Positions 36,792-48,294 are shown, numbered from the whole stretch's first letter. The stretch: DNA of 63,650 nucleotides, filler included, from Reticulomyxa filosa (GCA_000512085.1; 22 parts of 22 records of this genome joined end to end with filler, not necessarily neighbours in it); one strand, 5' to 3'. Translations and numbers: made by a program. Notes: generated by a model from the letters alone, not told the origin.

Positions 36792-37479
36792 NNNNNNNNN
36801 NNNNNNNNNNNNNNNNNNNNNNNNNNNNNNNNNNNTTAATTAATTAANNNNNNNNNNNNNNNNNNNNNNNNNNNNNNNNNNNNNNNNNNNNTGATTTCCT
36901 CTATGAAGAAATAATATTTAATCTAACAAAATATTCACAAATTATATAGAATGAATTCGAGATCATGAGATGTACTGCAGTACATCTACATGAATTTTCA
37001 TTTTAACTGAATGTAACTTTCTTGAATTTCACAAGAAATGATTGCTTATCCTCATTTTAATCTTTCGCACGCAAGATGTGAAATAATCAACTTCCATTTC
37101 AAAAACAATATTTTGTTCATTTGTTTTTCTTTAATTCCATTTCATATGGCATTCCAAAAATTTTTTATATAATGTTGAAATTGATATATTATCTAATTCA
37201 TCAAATATTATGATTTTCATTTGACCTTCTTTCCTTTCATTCATTTCTTGTCTTGCAAGATAACAAATAAACACAAACACAATGTAGTGCAGCTTAATAA
37301 TTGCAAACTTGGATTATTGTTCAATATTTTTATCAATACTTCTACTTGACAATTATTGTCATTATCTGCAACGTTTTGAAGATATCAATAAACATAATTT
37401 TGAATATCTCGTCTTGTATCACCTATATTTCACTGCGAAATATCCAATTCTTTCATTATCTTTGACCATTACACTTCAA

Positions 37480-38251
37480 TGTTATCATCGTTTTTGTCCA
37501 TGTTTTTTTTCCAAGAATATTTGCAACAATAGTTGAAATCTATCATTCCACATTTGTTTGCTTGCCCATAAATATGCAATTTTTTGAACAAATACACTTT
37601 TTTCAGCCTTTGTTCCACTATGCATTCGTTTGAGATTTGAGTTGTTGAGTATTGTATTTTGATTGTATTCTTTTAAATTCTTCAAATTTAACTTGATATT
37701 GTTCCATTTGTTTTTTGAGTTCAACATTATACTGACCAATCTCTTTTTTAAATTGTTGGATGTTATCTGCTAATGCAATCGTTGTTTGACCTTTTTCCAA
37801 TAATCCATATTTTTAAATTGTCAATTTGTTTGTTTTGTTCGTTGTCATTCTCTTGCATCTTTTCGATTTGCGATTGTAAATCTTTGACAGTATTTTGCAA
37901 TTCTCTAATTTTTTTGTTCATCACATTACATTGCTTTTTAATTTCAAATGGAATAATTTGTTTGTTTAAAAATCAAATTACACGATTTATCTAAATGATC
38001 TTTCAATTCTTTTATTTTTCCTTCATAATCGCAATCATTTTTTAAATCCAATTCATCTCCATTTTTTTTTTCTTCTGATTTTATTTCCTCATTTACTCCT
38101 CTTTTTTTCAACTCGGACAGATCACCAATAACTCAGACACGAATTTTTTCACAATTTTTTTTTGCAGGAATCTGCAATTGTTATGTTGTCCTGCTTCAAA
38201 TATTTTTTTAGACATTCTTCTCCTACCAAATAAACCTGTGTTTTATCACAA
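37480..38251 (-). pseudogene. Degraded coiled-coil protein with possible zinc-finger-like N-terminal remnant
   Basis: LVGEECLKKYL fragment followed by K/E/Q-rich heptad stretches broken by frameshifts. Confidence 0.3.
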
Positions 38252-38396
38252 NNNNNNNNNNNNNNNNNNNNNNNNNNNNNNNNNNNNNNNNNNNNTTAAT
38301 TAATTAANNNNNNNNNNNNNNNNNNNNNNNNNNNNNNNNNNNNNNNNNNNNATATTTTATAATTTTTAAAGATCAAACAAAAAACAAAAATATACT

Positions 38397-39459
38397 TACT
38401 GTTAATTGGGGCTAGATCACTATCTATTTTCCTATAAAAAAAACACTAACAAACATTTTTGGGGGGAAGGTAATACAAAAAACAAAACATAAAATAAATT
38501 ATTTTTCTTTGCGCGGGGGAAGTCCTATTTTGTCACAAACACATAACCACATTTTATAACAAAAGAAAAAAAAGTATATATACAAACACACAAACCTTTA
38601 TCCCTAATCTCGGGTGCGGGGTAGATTTCGACCCCAATTATATGTGTGTGTGGAGAATGGGGAATATACTTAACAATCTTTGCGGTCGGGGGATTCCTAT
38701 ATCATAAAACACAAGATAAATGAATATATTTTTAAAAAAATAAAAAAAAACAAACCTTTTTTTCTCCTTTCGGAGACTGGATGGATTTTCCCCGTTTATT
38801 CTATTTTTTTTCATCACAGCTGGACTGTTCTAAACAAGACAAACATCAATTATTATTATACGTCAAACAACAAATAAATAAACAAACGTATACTATGTTA
38901 AAATATTGCAAAAAGTGTTTACCATCTTTTTGCAAGGGCAATTGATTGTCATTATTGCCACTTCAACAAATACCATCATCTTCTCATAGTAGCCTTTCGC
39001 CGTTGTGGTCATTGTCACTTTTCTCGGCTGGCTATACACGTACACACATATAATGTCATAATGTCACATTTGTTTTTTTTGTTTAGAATTTTTTTTAAAA
39101 ACAAGATAAAAACAATTATACCTGATAGACACATTGCGCCAGTATTTACTTTGGCGACAGTTGTGATTGAGTGATGTGGTGGCTCGAGATGTTGTGTGTT
39201 TGTGTTGGCAGCTGATGTTGTTCGCAAGTTGTGGGGAGAACTTTTATATAAAATCAAATTACGAAATTTGTGGCGTTTTGAATTTTGTTTATCTTCTTTG
39301 TTGCGCCTCCCAAATTCGTCATTTGCCAAAGGGCCTTCCACTTTGTGCTCTATTCTCAATGAGCGGAACAGAGTCTCTGTGTCCGCTAGTTCTTCTTTGA
39401 TAACGAGATTTTGACTGGCCAACACAAATATTCCAAACATGATCGATTTTGTCTTCATG
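38397..39459 (-). CDS. Hypothetical spliced protein with N-terminal hydrophobic segment, 3' partial
   Basis: Long first exon (MKTKSIMFGIFVLAS...AMCLSG) followed by possible short exons; no family recognised. Confidence 0.3.
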
Positions 39460-40009
39460 TCCCCTCTGTTGCCGTCACAAAATGGTGACTTGATCAATAT
39501 TTAAGAAAAAAATTGATGTGTAGTTTTTTTCCAGATTAAAACATAACTTTTTAATCAAACATAACAAATTGTTTTAATATAAAGTCCAAACTCATTATTT
39601 TGCTATTTTGAGAATATTTTTATAATAGTAAAATCAACACAAAGATATATCTCAATAATTCATATCTGGACTTGCAAAACTAAGTGTTTCACCTAAAAAA
39701 ACAAAAAGGGATCACAATCATCTTTTGTGTGTAATAGATTCTTTTGACTAAGCATTCAAGCCAAACAAATAAACAAATGTTTCAAACAGAAGATGCGTTG
39801 GTAACACTTGACCTTCCACACATGGTTATTGCAGATGACGATGACGACACAGAAAAAGTGGACATCAATGGAAAAGAATCATCACTTCAATCACAACTAC
39901 AAAAAGAGATGCAAATCATGGAAACCATGACAGTACCGCCTGGATGTGCGGCCTATCAATTGTGTCAAAAATTTATACGTGCTTTTTATAAGCCTTCAAA
40001 GATTAGAAG

Positions 40010-40465
40010 AATGTTTGAATTCAATAAACAGCATGTGCTTTTCACCGAATGGTGAACAAATTGTGATTACATCAGATTACGTTATAATTTGGGATTTGAA
40101 ATTATGGGAAAGAATATATGAATTTGTAGATGCAAAATTTTCTCCTGATGAATTTATATGTAATATTTTATTTGGGAAATGGTCTTATTCATATACACAA
40201 TGTATTGACAGGAAAACAATTGAACAAATTTCATAGATACTTTGGTAAGATAAATAATGTAACATATTTCCCAGATGGACAAATTATTATAATTGGATTA
40301 GGTAATGATAATATACTTCAGTTATGGGATGTCAAATTAGAAGTGGAAATACAGACATTGAAAGGACATTCTAGTCCAATAACAGCAATTGATATCTCAT
40401 TAAATGGTAATTCTATTATGTCATGCTCTAGTAATGGAAAAATTCAATTATGGAGACCATTATAA
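40010..40465 (+). pseudogene. WD40-repeat fragment with frameshifts
   Basis: CFSPNGEQIV...IWD, LQLWDV...LKGHSSPITAIDIS...IQLW. Confidence 0.7.
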
Positions 40466-41029
40466 GCAGATAAATTCAATATACAGTGTGATGATATTTA
40501 TGCAAATTCTTTTTAATACGTGTTATTAAATTAAAAATGGATTTTTTGATTAAAATTTTTGTACATCATTTGACAAATCAGAATGTTTAACTAGAGAATT
40601 GCACTTATTCAAAAATTTTTTTGTTGAAAAATAATATTAATCACAAATATGAATAAAACTGTTGTGCGAACCACAACACATATTAATACTACAACAACGA
40701 TTATCATACTTTTACTCTTTTTTTTAATTGTAAAAATTTAAGACAATATACTCCAGCATTTTCTTGATTTCCTTTAATCATATACAATTCATTCTTTTTT
40801 GATCGAATATCCCAAAAACGNNNNNNNNNNNNNNNNNNNNNNNNNNNNNNNNNNNNNNNNNNNNTTAATTAATTAANNNNNNNNNNNNNNNNNNNNNNNN
40901 NNNNNNNNNNNNNNNNNNNNTCTTTATTTTTCATGGAGAAAATCGATTCTATTCATATAGTGCATTTAGGTATGTCAGTTTGTTTTGCAATCTACTATAT
41001 TAGCGAATTTTCAAATGATATTTCAAGGT

Positions 41030-41710
41030 TTGCATGTCAATCAAATAAAAGAACATTTGGACAAATAAATCAAGAAAAGTTTCAAATGAGAAACTTATTA
41101 ATTTTTTGTTGACTTTCAACATAATAACAAAAACTATACTAATTTTTATCATGACTCTTCCAGCATTCGTTTAAATAAACAATGCATCATATATTTTTTT
41201 ATGATGACATTTTTAATACATTTACTCACATTGCTTTATTTCCTGTTGTTGACCAAACTGTCAAAAATTTATCATTGCTGTGTTTGTATTGCTGTCAACG
41301 TTATTGAAATATAAATCCACTAATTGTGCGTAATTCGAACGCTTAAAAATATGAATTACAAACATCTTTGGAACATATATAAAGGATCAATATTATACAT
41401 AACGTATATCACTGTCACCAACATTATAATCATTTTCCATGCGCACAAATAACCACAATTAATATATCGCATTCGTACATATTATATAGTAAGCTTTGAA
41501 GAAATTTTGAATGTAATATATTTTCATTATTTGATCAAAACATATAAATTTATATTCAAGTTCGGTCGCAAATAATTCATTGACAATTTTAATATCTTTA
41601 TTCAAACATTTGAAATACCAATATTTTGTATAATATACAATATAATTGTTATTATTACCACAAATTCTTTTTACTGAACGAATCATTTTGAATTGTTTTA
41701 AACACAACTA
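41030..41710 (-). pseudogene. Degraded caspase-like gene
   Basis: LFATELEYKFI, CDILIVVICAHG and PKMFVI remnants in the expected order, with stops and frameshifts. Confidence 0.55.
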
Positions 41711-42252
41711 TGTTCATTGAATACTAGAATTTTTTTACTATATAATATTGTATTTGATCCAAGTATAATTATTAATTCATTTGATCTATATTTTACTCTT
41801 TCAATGAAGATATTACTAAAAAAACTTTAATTAAACAAAAATAAAAATTCAATAAATGTATGTAATTTATTTCAAAAAGATTATACTTTTGTTTATCAAT
41901 ACTATTCTATTAATAGATTACTTTATAGCTTGTTCAAAGAAGTAAATACTTAAATAAAAATGACTAAGAATTTGTGTATTACATTTGCGACATAATGAAA
42001 CAATAGACCACTTAAGTCAATCAAAAATTACTTGAGAAACTGTCAAAGTGATACAAATACTTTAAAAAAATTTGACGAACTTCACATGCATGCAAGATTG
42101 AAGGTGGAGTTAGTTCTGAAATCTATAAAGAAATATTAAGTGATAAAATGCTNNNNNNNNNNNNNNNNNNNNNNNNNNNNNNNNNNNNNNNNNNNNTTAA
42201 TTAATTAANNNNNNNNNNNNNNNNNNNNNNNNNNNNNNNNNNNNNNNNNNNN

Positions 42253-42337
42253 CCAGCTCGGCCGCGAGGTCATGGGCGTCGTGCAGGGCGGATCGGAATC
42301 GTGGCAACTCGCGCGGCAGAGGGGGATAAGCCTCTAA
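42253..42337 (+). CDS. C-terminal end of VirD2-like/DUF3363 relaxase (Tn4371-family RlxS-like)
   Basis: Translates QLGREVMGVVQGGSESWQLARQRGISL*, resembling the C-terminus of that family; only 27 aa visible. Confidence 0.6.
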
Positions 42338-42960
42338 TCTGTTGTAGATGAACGTAGCCGCTCGAAACCGGTGATGAGGCTGTCAAGTCCGAAGTTGAAC
42401 GCAGCATCTATGCCTTCTGTTTCCAACTCGTGAAACAGATCGTGCAGGAAGGACGATGCTGCCTGCCCGGACACATCTGATCTGTCCGACATTCTCTCAT
42501 CGGCATCAGATGCCTGCTGCTCGAGAACGGAACCGACCACATAGTGACTGACCGCCCGGAGCGCCCAAACAGCGTGCTTCGGACCAAAGCCCGCCGCGCA
42601 GAGAAAGCGTATTTGTGTCTCGGCAGTGCCAAAATTCGGTTCTGTCGGTCGAGTGCCGGCATGGATGCGCGCCCCGTCGCGATAATAGAGCAACGCCGTT
42701 CTGAAACTCTGGGCGTTCTCTTTCAGGAATAGCCGCCAGTCTTCGTTCTCTTCGGGTAGCGAGCGGGTGTGGCGTTCCGTCAACATCGCCTCCGCAAGTG
42801 CGTCAAGCAGCGCGCGCTTGCTCTGGAAATGCCAGTAAAGCGCAGGCTGCTGAACCTTGAGGCGTTCAGCGAGCTTTCGCGTCGTCAGGTTGTCCATGCC
42901 AACCTCGTTCAGCAGCTCCAGCGCCGCTGCGATCACGGTGCCTTTGTCCAGTTTGGTCAT
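42334..42960 (-). CDS. tetR: Tetracycline repressor TetR, class G
   Basis: MTKLDKGTVIAAALELLNEVG...LKVQQPALYWHF; 208 aa; divergent from the efflux gene. Confidence 0.96.
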   Translation of the reverse strand: MTKLDKGTVIAAALELLNEVGMDNLTTRKLAERLKVQQPALYWHFQSKRALLDALAEAMLTERHTRSLPEENEDWRLFLKENAQSFRTALLYYRDGARIHAGTRPTEPNFGTAETQIRFLCAAGFGPKHAVWALRAVSHYVVGSVLEQQASDADERMSDRSDVSGQAASSFLHDLFHELETEGIDAAFNFGLDSLITGFERLRSSTTD

Positions 42961-42980
42961 TCACGTTCCTCTGCCAGTGC

Positions 42981-43031
42981 TTGACAATTTATCAACGATA
43001 ATTTCTATGTCTATGTTCTTATCATTGATAA
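42981..43031. promoter_or_regulatory. Divergent tet promoter region with two tet operators
   Basis: TTGACA at 42981; palindromes TTATC-AAC-GATAA (42989-43001) and TTATCATTGATAA (43019-43031). Confidence 0.85.
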
Positions 43032-43064
43032 AGTCGCTCGCATTGAGCGGCGCTGGAGTTTCAG

Positions 43065-44240
43065 GTGCGCAGCTCTGCCATCATCGCCCTGCTGATCGTC
43101 AGTCTCGACGCCATGGGACTCGGCCTCATCATGCCGGTCCTTCCGACGCTTCTGCGCGAGCTTGTGCCGGCGGAACAGGTCGCTGGTCACTATGGTGCTT
43201 TGCTGTCACTCTATGCGTTGATGCAGGTCGTCTTCGCGCCCGTGCTTGGAAAATTTTCAGATGCTTACGGCCGGCGTCCGGTGCTTCTGGCTTCTCTTGC
43301 GGGGGCCGCAGTCGATTACACGATTATGGCATCAGCGCCGGTCTTATGGGTTCTCTATATCGGCCGACTCGTTTCTGGCGTCACGGGAGCAACCGGAGCC
43401 GTAGCTGCCTCAACCATTGCCGATTCGACGGGGGAAGGTTCTCGCGCACGCTGGTTCGGCTACATGGGGGCCTGTTATGGAGCAGGCATGATTGCCGGGC
43501 CAGCACTTGGTGGCATGCTCGGTGGTATTTCTGCCCATGCTCCGTTTATCGCCGCTGCCCTTCTCAACGGCTTCGCGTTCCTGCTTGCCTGCATTTTTCT
43601 CAAGGAGACTCATCACAGCCATGGCGGGACCGGAAAGCCGGTTCGCATCAAACCATTCGTTCTGTTCCGGCTGGATGATGCATTGCGCGGGCTAGCTGCG
43701 CTTTTCGCAGTCTTCTTCATTATTCAACTGATCGGCCAAGTGCCTGCGGCCCTATGGGTCATCTATGGCGAGGACCGTTTTCAGTGGGACACCACGACTG
43801 TTGGTTTGTCGCTTGCGGCATTTGGAGCAACACATGCGATCTTCCAAGCGTTTGTTACCGGCCCGCTTTCAAGCCGGCTTGGAGAGCGGCGCACGCTACT
43901 CTTTGGCATGGCTGCGGATGCGACTGGCTTCATTCTTCTGGCTTTTGCCACGCAGGGATGGATGGTGTTCCCGATTTTGTTGCTGCTTGCCGCCGGAGGT
44001 GTTGGCATGCCGGCCTTGCAGGCAATGCTTTCAAACAATGTCAGCAGTAACAAGCAAGGAGCTTTACAGGGAACGCTTACAAGCCTCACCAATCTAAGCT
44101 CTATCGCGGGACCGCTTGGCTTCACGGCACTCTATTCTGCCACCATAGGAGCATGGAACGGTTGGGTTTGGATTGTCGGCGCGATCCTCTATTTAATATG
44201 TCTGCCAATACTACTCAGACCTTTCGCAACTTCATTGTGA
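43065..44240 (+). CDS. tet(G): Tetracycline efflux MFS transporter Tet(G)
   Basis: 391 aa, GTG start, MRSSAIIALLIV.LDAMGLGLIMPVLP, motif A GKFSDAYGRRPVLL. Confidence 0.96.
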   Translation: MRSSAIIALLIVSLDAMGLGLIMPVLPTLLRELVPAEQVAGHYGALLSLYALMQVVFAPVLGKFSDAYGRRPVLLASLAGAAVDYTIMASAPVLWVLYIGRLVSGVTGATGAVAASTIADSTGEGSRARWFGYMGACYGAGMIAGPALGGMLGGISAHAPFIAAALLNGFAFLLACIFLKETHHSHGGTGKPVRIKPFVLFRLDDALRGLAALFAVFFIIQLIGQVPAALWVIYGEDRFQWDTTTVGLSLAAFGATHAIFQAFVTGPLSSRLGERRTLLFGMAADATGFILLAFATQGWMVFPILLLLAAGGVGMPALQAMLSNNVSSNKQGALQGTLTSLTNLSSIAGPLGFTALYSATIGAWNGWVWIVGAILYLICLPILLRPFATSL

Positions 44241-44260
44241 TTGAGTCATGGCGAATTGGT

Positions 44261-44524
44261 ATGCGTAGACTTACGAGGAATGACGGATTAAATCCGTTGA
44301 GCCATCATCTCCTCTCGGGGCGAGTGCCGATGATGACCTTAGTTCACACTCTCGCCGTCGCCGAATATCTGAACTTCCGCCACGCCGCCAATGCGCTCGG
44401 CGTGGCGCAATCCAGCGTCAGCGCCCGCGTGAAGGCGCTGGAAAAAGACCTTGGCATCCTTCTGTTCGAGCGCCATGCGCGGGGTGTTCGGTTGACCGAG
44501 GCTGGACGCCACTTCGTCGAGCGG
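44261..44524 (+). CDS. LysR-family regulator, 3' partial
   Basis: HTH: LNFRHAANALGVAQSSVSARVKALEKDLGILLFERHARGVRLTEAG. Confidence 0.92.
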
Positions 44525-44624
44525 NNNNNNNNNNNNNNNNNNNNNNNNNNNNNNNNNNNNNNNNNNNNTTAATTAATTAANNNNNNNNNNNNNNNNNNNN
44601 NNNNNNNNNNNNNNNNNNNNNNNN

Positions 44625-45486
44625 GTTGTCATCATTGTTGTTATCATTATCATTGTCATCCTCCTCGTCCTCGTTGTTGTTGCGATCACTACGTTTTCTT
44701 TTTTTTTTACGTGACGATAGCACCTCCACGCTTTTGGTACTCGTCGTTGTCGACTCAACGTGCGTCGATAACGACGGCGGAGGTGGCCGTGGCAATGGCC
44801 GTGGCCGCGGTCGCAACTGCGGGAGTGACTTTTGCGTGTCCACTGGCTTGACTTGCTTTGGCACCACATCGACGCTCTTGTTCTTAATACTTGGCTTATT
44901 GGCCTTATTATTCGGATTTGAGTGTCCCATTGGCAACTCGCCTAACGACGACGACTTGGTCGGGTCATCGACCGTGCCTGACGGCGATGGAGACGACGGT
45001 GATTGCGGCATCTCATCATGGTCAGCCAAAGGATCGCCTACCACGCTGCCAGTTGGAACTGACGACATCGAGACCCCTCTTGACACAATACCGGCTACAC
45101 CATTGCGACTGCCGCTGCTGTCTTCCGGCCAGCTCGTCATCCCCGAATGCGACCACGTATACGCGCTTTCGCTGCGCTTCAACGTGCCGTGCACGCTCTG
45201 CTCGGTCTGGGACGGCGACAAGCATGGCGGCGACGCCGGAAGCGTGTCCGTTGACTCCTCATCCGCAACAAAGCTGCTGCTGCCTCCTTCTATTTGCTTT
45301 TTGTTCCGACCCCGCATTTTCACGTCCATTTCCACTTCCACACCAATCAATGGAGGAGGAGGAGGAGAATCCATCTCCACTCCTCCCACTTTTCCGTACA
45401 TCATTCACCAAAACAACATTTTTTTTTTTTTTTTTTTTTGTTAATCAAAAGATACACACAATAAATAAATAAATGAACAAACAAAC

Positions 45487-45517
<31 letters not shown>

Positions 45518-45649
45518 TGTACATATATACATATATTTATATATATGTATATATGTTTGTTTATTCATTCGTTTATTTGTTTATTTATTCATTTGTGTTT
45601 TTGTTATGTAAACTTGCATATAATGTGTATATGTGGTGTATATTTTTAT

Positions 45650-45688
<39 letters not shown>

Positions 45689-46053
45689 GTTTGTTGACAT
45701 AACTTTGAAATAGACAGTTGCTGTTGGAATGATCTTCAGGAATGATAGTCAACGTCTTTGGGTGGATATCTCCACATTGGGGCTGGCGCGACCCCGAACT
45801 AGCGGCTTTTTCGAACGGGGGGTTTGTGGCGCTATGCGATGTCGGATTGGGGTGATTGTTCCTTAAAGGCATGGCAATGGCGATCGCCGGTGGGATTGCC
45901 TTCTTATTGCGATCATGTTCGACCGCTTTGGGGGCACTCGTTTCGTTTTCGTCTTCGTTACTACTTTCGTATTCTCCTCCTTCTTTTTCTCTTCTTCCTC
46001 TTCCTCCTCTTCGTCTCCCTTCTTCTCCTTCTTCTTCTTCTTCTTCTTCTTCT
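44625..46053 (-). CDS. Low-complexity Ser/Pro/acidic eukaryotic protein, internal fragment with one intron (about 45410-45700)
   Basis: Open minus frames either side of a homopolymer/TA-rich intron. Confidence 0.45.
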
Positions 46054-46153
46054 NNNNNNNNNNNNNNNNNNNNNNNNNNNNNNNNNNNNNNNNNNNNTTA
46101 ATTAATTAANNNNNNNNNNNNNNNNNNNNNNNNNNNNNNNNNNNNNNNNNNNN

Positions 46154-46387
46154 ATTATTTAACCCTTCGGATACCACCCCTAAAGAACCAACATTAATTC
46201 TATGTGGATTATATGATAAATCACCAGTTTGAACTTGTTTATATTTTTGATTAATTACCTCACCTTTTAAGGTTTCGTTATCAAAAATACCAATGCCATT
46301 ACTAACGCCTAAGATTCTAAAATCTTCTGTTGGAAACTGCGAAGGTTCTATTTTTGTATTTACCTCTTCTATATAATCACCAAGCCT
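46154..46387 (-). pseudogene. Type I/IIG restriction-modification specificity (HsdS-like TRD) fragment
   Basis: RLGDYIEE...ILGVSN...YKQVQTGDLSYNPHRINVGSLG. Confidence 0.65.
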
Positions 46388-46619
46388 TACAACTATACCT
46401 CTATAAGCTAGCATTTCTCCTACCTCTCTAAAACTAAGGCTGAATCTATAAGCTTAATACTGCAAATTTTATTATTTCTTTCGGATATCTGTGTCTTTTA
46501 TATGGATTATGAGAAGTAAGCATAAGAATAATTTTAAACTTTATTCTAGCTTACAATTATAAAACTTTTATATTGGTCGCGCTAGATTTTTTTACTTACC
46601 TACTTAACTTGGCAGTGCC
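46388..46619 (-). mobile_element. IS6-family remnant: left inverted repeat plus truncated transposase start
   Basis: GGCACTGCCAAGTT at 46619-46606; YKRHRYPKEII...YRFSLSFREVGEMLAYRGIVV from ATG 46523 with disruptions. Confidence 0.75.
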
Positions 46620-46826
46620 GTTTCATAATTACTGATATTACTAGTAATGTTTATGATTGATAACTATTTAATATTGATAATATTAGTAACATTTAGTGAT
46701 TAAGGTACTTATATTATATAACAATACAAGTAATATTTATTACTTGATTCTTTGTATTATTTATAATATAGTATTACTTACTATTATTTAACAATATTAC
46801 ATATATTTTAATCTAAAAATAAAAAA

Positions 46827-47573
46827 ATGATATATTCGGTCAGTAATCATAAAGGAGGAGTAGGTAAAACAACATCTACAATTAGTATAGGTGCCGCACT
46901 TGCAAACAAAGGTAAAAAAGTTTTACTAATTGATTTAGATCCACAATCAAATTTAACACAAAGCTTAAGTATAAAAAATATACAAATCAGTATTTATGAT
47001 AATTTAAAAGGGGAAAAATTAGTTAATACTATAGAATATAGAAATAATTTATATGTGCTACCATCTTCTCTTGATTTATCAGCTGCTGAGATAGAACTAA
47101 GTTCAGAACCTGGAAGGGAATACATCCTAAAAGACATATTAGCTCCATTAAAAAATAAATTTGATTACATTTTTATAGATTGCCCTCCTTCTCTTGGATT
47201 ATTAACAATTAATGCTTTAACTGCTTCTGATTATGTTATAATTCCTATGCAAGCGGAATACCTGCCATTAAGAGGACTAGCCAAGTTAACTGAAGTAATA
47301 ACTAAAATCCAAAATAGATTAAATCACAATCTACAAATTGGTTGTGTATTCTTAACTCAATATGATGCACGCAAAGTTCTTAATAGAGATATAGCAGAAA
47401 GTGTTTTAGAGTTTTTTGGTAATAAATTTTTAAATTCTAAAATATCTAATAATGTTGCATTAGCAGAAGCTCCTAGTCAAGGGAAAGATATTTTTTTATA
47501 TAATAAAAACTGCAGGGGTGCACTAGATTATGAAGAATTATGTAATGAAATGATCCAAAAAGGAATATTATAA
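46827..47573 (+). CDS. parA: ParA/Soj partition ATPase
   Basis: NHKGGVGKTT, LIDLDPQSNLT, FIDCPPSLGLLTINAL. Confidence 0.95.
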   Translation: MIYSVSNHKGGVGKTTSTISIGAALANKGKKVLLIDLDPQSNLTQSLSIKNIQISIYDNLKGEKLVNTIEYRNNLYVLPSSLDLSAAEIELSSEPGREYILKDILAPLKNKFDYIFIDCPPSLGLLTINALTASDYVIIPMQAEYLPLRGLAKLTEVITKIQNRLNHNLQIGCVFLTQYDARKVLNRDIAESVLEFFGNKFLNSKISNNVALAEAPSQGKDIFLYNKNCRGALDYEELCNEMIQKGIL

Positions 47574-47574
47574 A

Positions 47575-47820
47575 ATGACAAAAAAGAGTTTCAAAACCCC
47601 TTTTGATTCGTTGCTAGGGAAAGATTTATTAAAACCAAAAGAAAAAACAACTGAAAAAGAATTGAGGGCAACTTTTATAGTGAAGCATTCCAACATTGAA
47701 AAATTAAAAGCCATTGCCTATTGGGAAAGAAAATCAATAAAAAAAGTTTTAGATGAAGCATTAGGCGCTTATATTGAGCTTTATGAAAAAACAAACGGAA
47801 CCATCCAAATACCTAAATAA
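47575..47820 (+). CDS. Small putative ribbon-helix-helix partition partner (ParG-like)
   Basis: Starts 1 nt after parA; RATFIV strand followed by two helices (EKLKAIAYWERKSIKKVLDEAL). Confidence 0.65.
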   Translation: MTKKSFKTPFDSLLGKDLLKPKEKTTEKELRATFIVKHSNIEKLKAIAYWERKSIKKVLDEALGAYIELYEKTNGTIQIPK

Positions 47821-47943
47821 TAAGTTCAAAAAACTTTCCATAAATAAAAAATATGTAGTATTTTAAAAACTATCTATTGACATCTATATTTGTTTATATA
47901 AATATCGGGTTATTAACTGATTGGATATTTTTCAAGCTTGTCT

Positions 47944-48131
47944 ATGAATGAAAATGTAAAGGAACTATCTACTTCTACTGATGATGAAGAAAAAATGGTA
48001 ACATTAAGAATAAAAAAAAGATAGTAAACTTAATTGATAAAGAGAGAACAAAATTTTCTACTCCTAGAAGTTCATGGATAATACAGGCTGTGGTTGAAAA
48101 ATTAGAAAAGCTTGGATATGAAATAGATTAA
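47944..48131 (+). CDS. Small CopG/RHH-like regulator (apparent frameshift in A8 run)
   Basis: MVTLRI...NLIDKER...RSSWIIQAVVEKL. Confidence 0.55.
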
Positions 48132-48173
48132 ACAGGTGCAAAAAATACAAAAATTTAAAATTTACAAAAAAAG

Positions 48174-48265
48174 AAAGGCGCACCCCTAGGTAGGAAATCC
48201 ACGCCTTTGCTAGTTTTAAACTAGCAAAATTCTATGTACTAGTCAAGCGTGGGATGCGCCTTTTT
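48174..48265 (+). promoter_or_regulatory. Nested stem-loop leader upstream of the replication gene
   Basis: AAAGGCGCACCC/GGGATGCGCCTTT, CCACGC/GCGTGG and TTTGCTAGTTT-T-AAACTAGCAAA. Confidence 0.55.
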
Positions 48266-48294
48266 AATAATATTTTATTAAAAAGGTATAAAAA

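Noticed and set aside
42334-44240. Horizontal transfer of tet(G) into the eukaryote
   Set aside because: The contig is wholly bacterial and separated from host DNA by spacers, so there is no physical linkage.
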